Positions 63,771 to 64,000 of a stretch of 64,000 nucleotides of DNA are shown here, piece after piece; the stretch's first letter is position 1, and each line of letters begins with the position of its first letter. A program made the translations under genes and the position numbers. Under the pieces are notes generated by a model. It saw only the letters and a list, made by a program, of their open reading frames with translations. It was not told the origin of the DNA and made no database searches. Origin of the DNA: Ignavibacteria bacterium (GTDB taxonomy: Bacteria; Bacteroidota; Ignavibacteria; UBA10030); contig VGVZ01000004.1 in the NCBI GenBank assembly GCA_016873805.1, positions 66,864 through 130,863 on the forward strand, written 5' to 3'.

Positions 63771-64000
63771 GATTTCATCCCGATGTTCAACAACATCGGG
63801 ACTCAACAGGAAGGGATTCGGGTTCCAGTGACAGGTACAAAGAAAAACTCCCACAAGGGGAGTTTTTCATCCTCGGGCCCAGAATCCCGTTCTACAGCAA
63901 CGGGATTTCATCCCGATGTTTGACAACATCGGGATTCAACAGGAAGGGATTCGGGTTCCAGTGACAGGTACAAAGAAAAACTCCCACAAGGGGAGTTTTT
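63771..64000 (+). repeat. Tandem ~96-bp repeats at a 132-bp period (copies at 63771 and 63903, the second cut by the window end), each holding a hairpin plus an intrinsic-terminator structure
   Basis: Each copy contains cccgatgtt-caac-aacatcggg, then aaaaactccc-acaa-ggggagttttt, a perfect 10-bp stem with a T-run. The spacer holds a further hairpin (cccgtt…aacggg). Confidence 0.8.

Noticed and set aside
63771-64000. Possible CRISPR array (direct repeats separated by a unique spacer)
   Set aside because: The repeat unit is ~96 bp with a 36-bp spacer, and only two copies are visible. The repeats themselves contain a terminator hairpin, and no cas genes are nearby. This does not fit CRISPR geometry.

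Overview
This 64 kb window looks like a high-GC genome from an FCB-group bacterium (Bacteroidota, Ignavibacteriota or a related candidate lineage). Evidence for that placement: a full Bat aerotolerance operon, several secreted proteins ending in T9SS-type C-terminal sorting domains (...NYPNPFNPSTTI...), and BNR/sortilin-like paralogs. Going along the window, the content is:
- 1-10.9 kb, minus strand: an operon mixing histidine catabolism (hutI, hutU) with a dense signalling module. The module has a hybrid HK with an Hpt domain, SixA, a sigma54 activator and a receiver-HK, plus RidA and a PF04008 protein.
- 11.2-11.85 kb: a tRNA-Gly(CCC) locus with a degraded tRNA copy upstream and 3.3 tandem 139-bp repeats downstream, each carrying the 3' third of the tRNA.
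- 12-20.3 kb: MoxR, DUF58 and BatA-E.
- 20.3-26.4 kb: small secreted proteins, a DUF1684 protein, an orphan XRE HTH, DPP-IV, and a five-repeat LTXXQ lipoprotein.
- 26.5-27.0 kb: a tRNA-Val(TAC) preceded by three tandem 136-bp repeats, each carrying the 5' 15 nt of the tRNA.
- 27.2-29.1 kb: an ABC-F ATPase.
- 29.4-34.9 kb: a sulfide and sulfur-trafficking island. It contains a MerR with a Cys-rich C-terminus, SQR, DUF1641, a TusE/DsrC-like protein, a DsrE-like protein, an HMA protein, a CMD/AhpD-like protein and a class V aminotransferase.
- 35.2-40.3 kb: pfkA, an octaheme cytochrome c, and Dcp.
- 40.3-57.8 kb: two orphan beta-class DNA methyltransferases flanking T9SS cargo, two BNR/sortilin paralogs, a TonB receptor, an O-methyltransferase, an APC permease, a Cys-rich lipoprotein, and LemA-HtpX.
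- 58.2-63.6 kb: two pectate-lyase paralogs and a LacI regulator. The second paralog is fused to a beta-helix/T9SS tail through a frameshift. A LacI-type palindrome sits upstream of the first paralog.
- 63.77 kb to window end: tandem 132-bp repeats carrying hairpin/terminator structures.

I found no CRISPR array, integrase, transposase or restriction enzyme. The most unusual material is non-coding: the two mirror-image tRNA-linked tandem repeat arrays and the terminal structured repeats. The most notable coding material is the sulfur island with its Cys-rich MerR.
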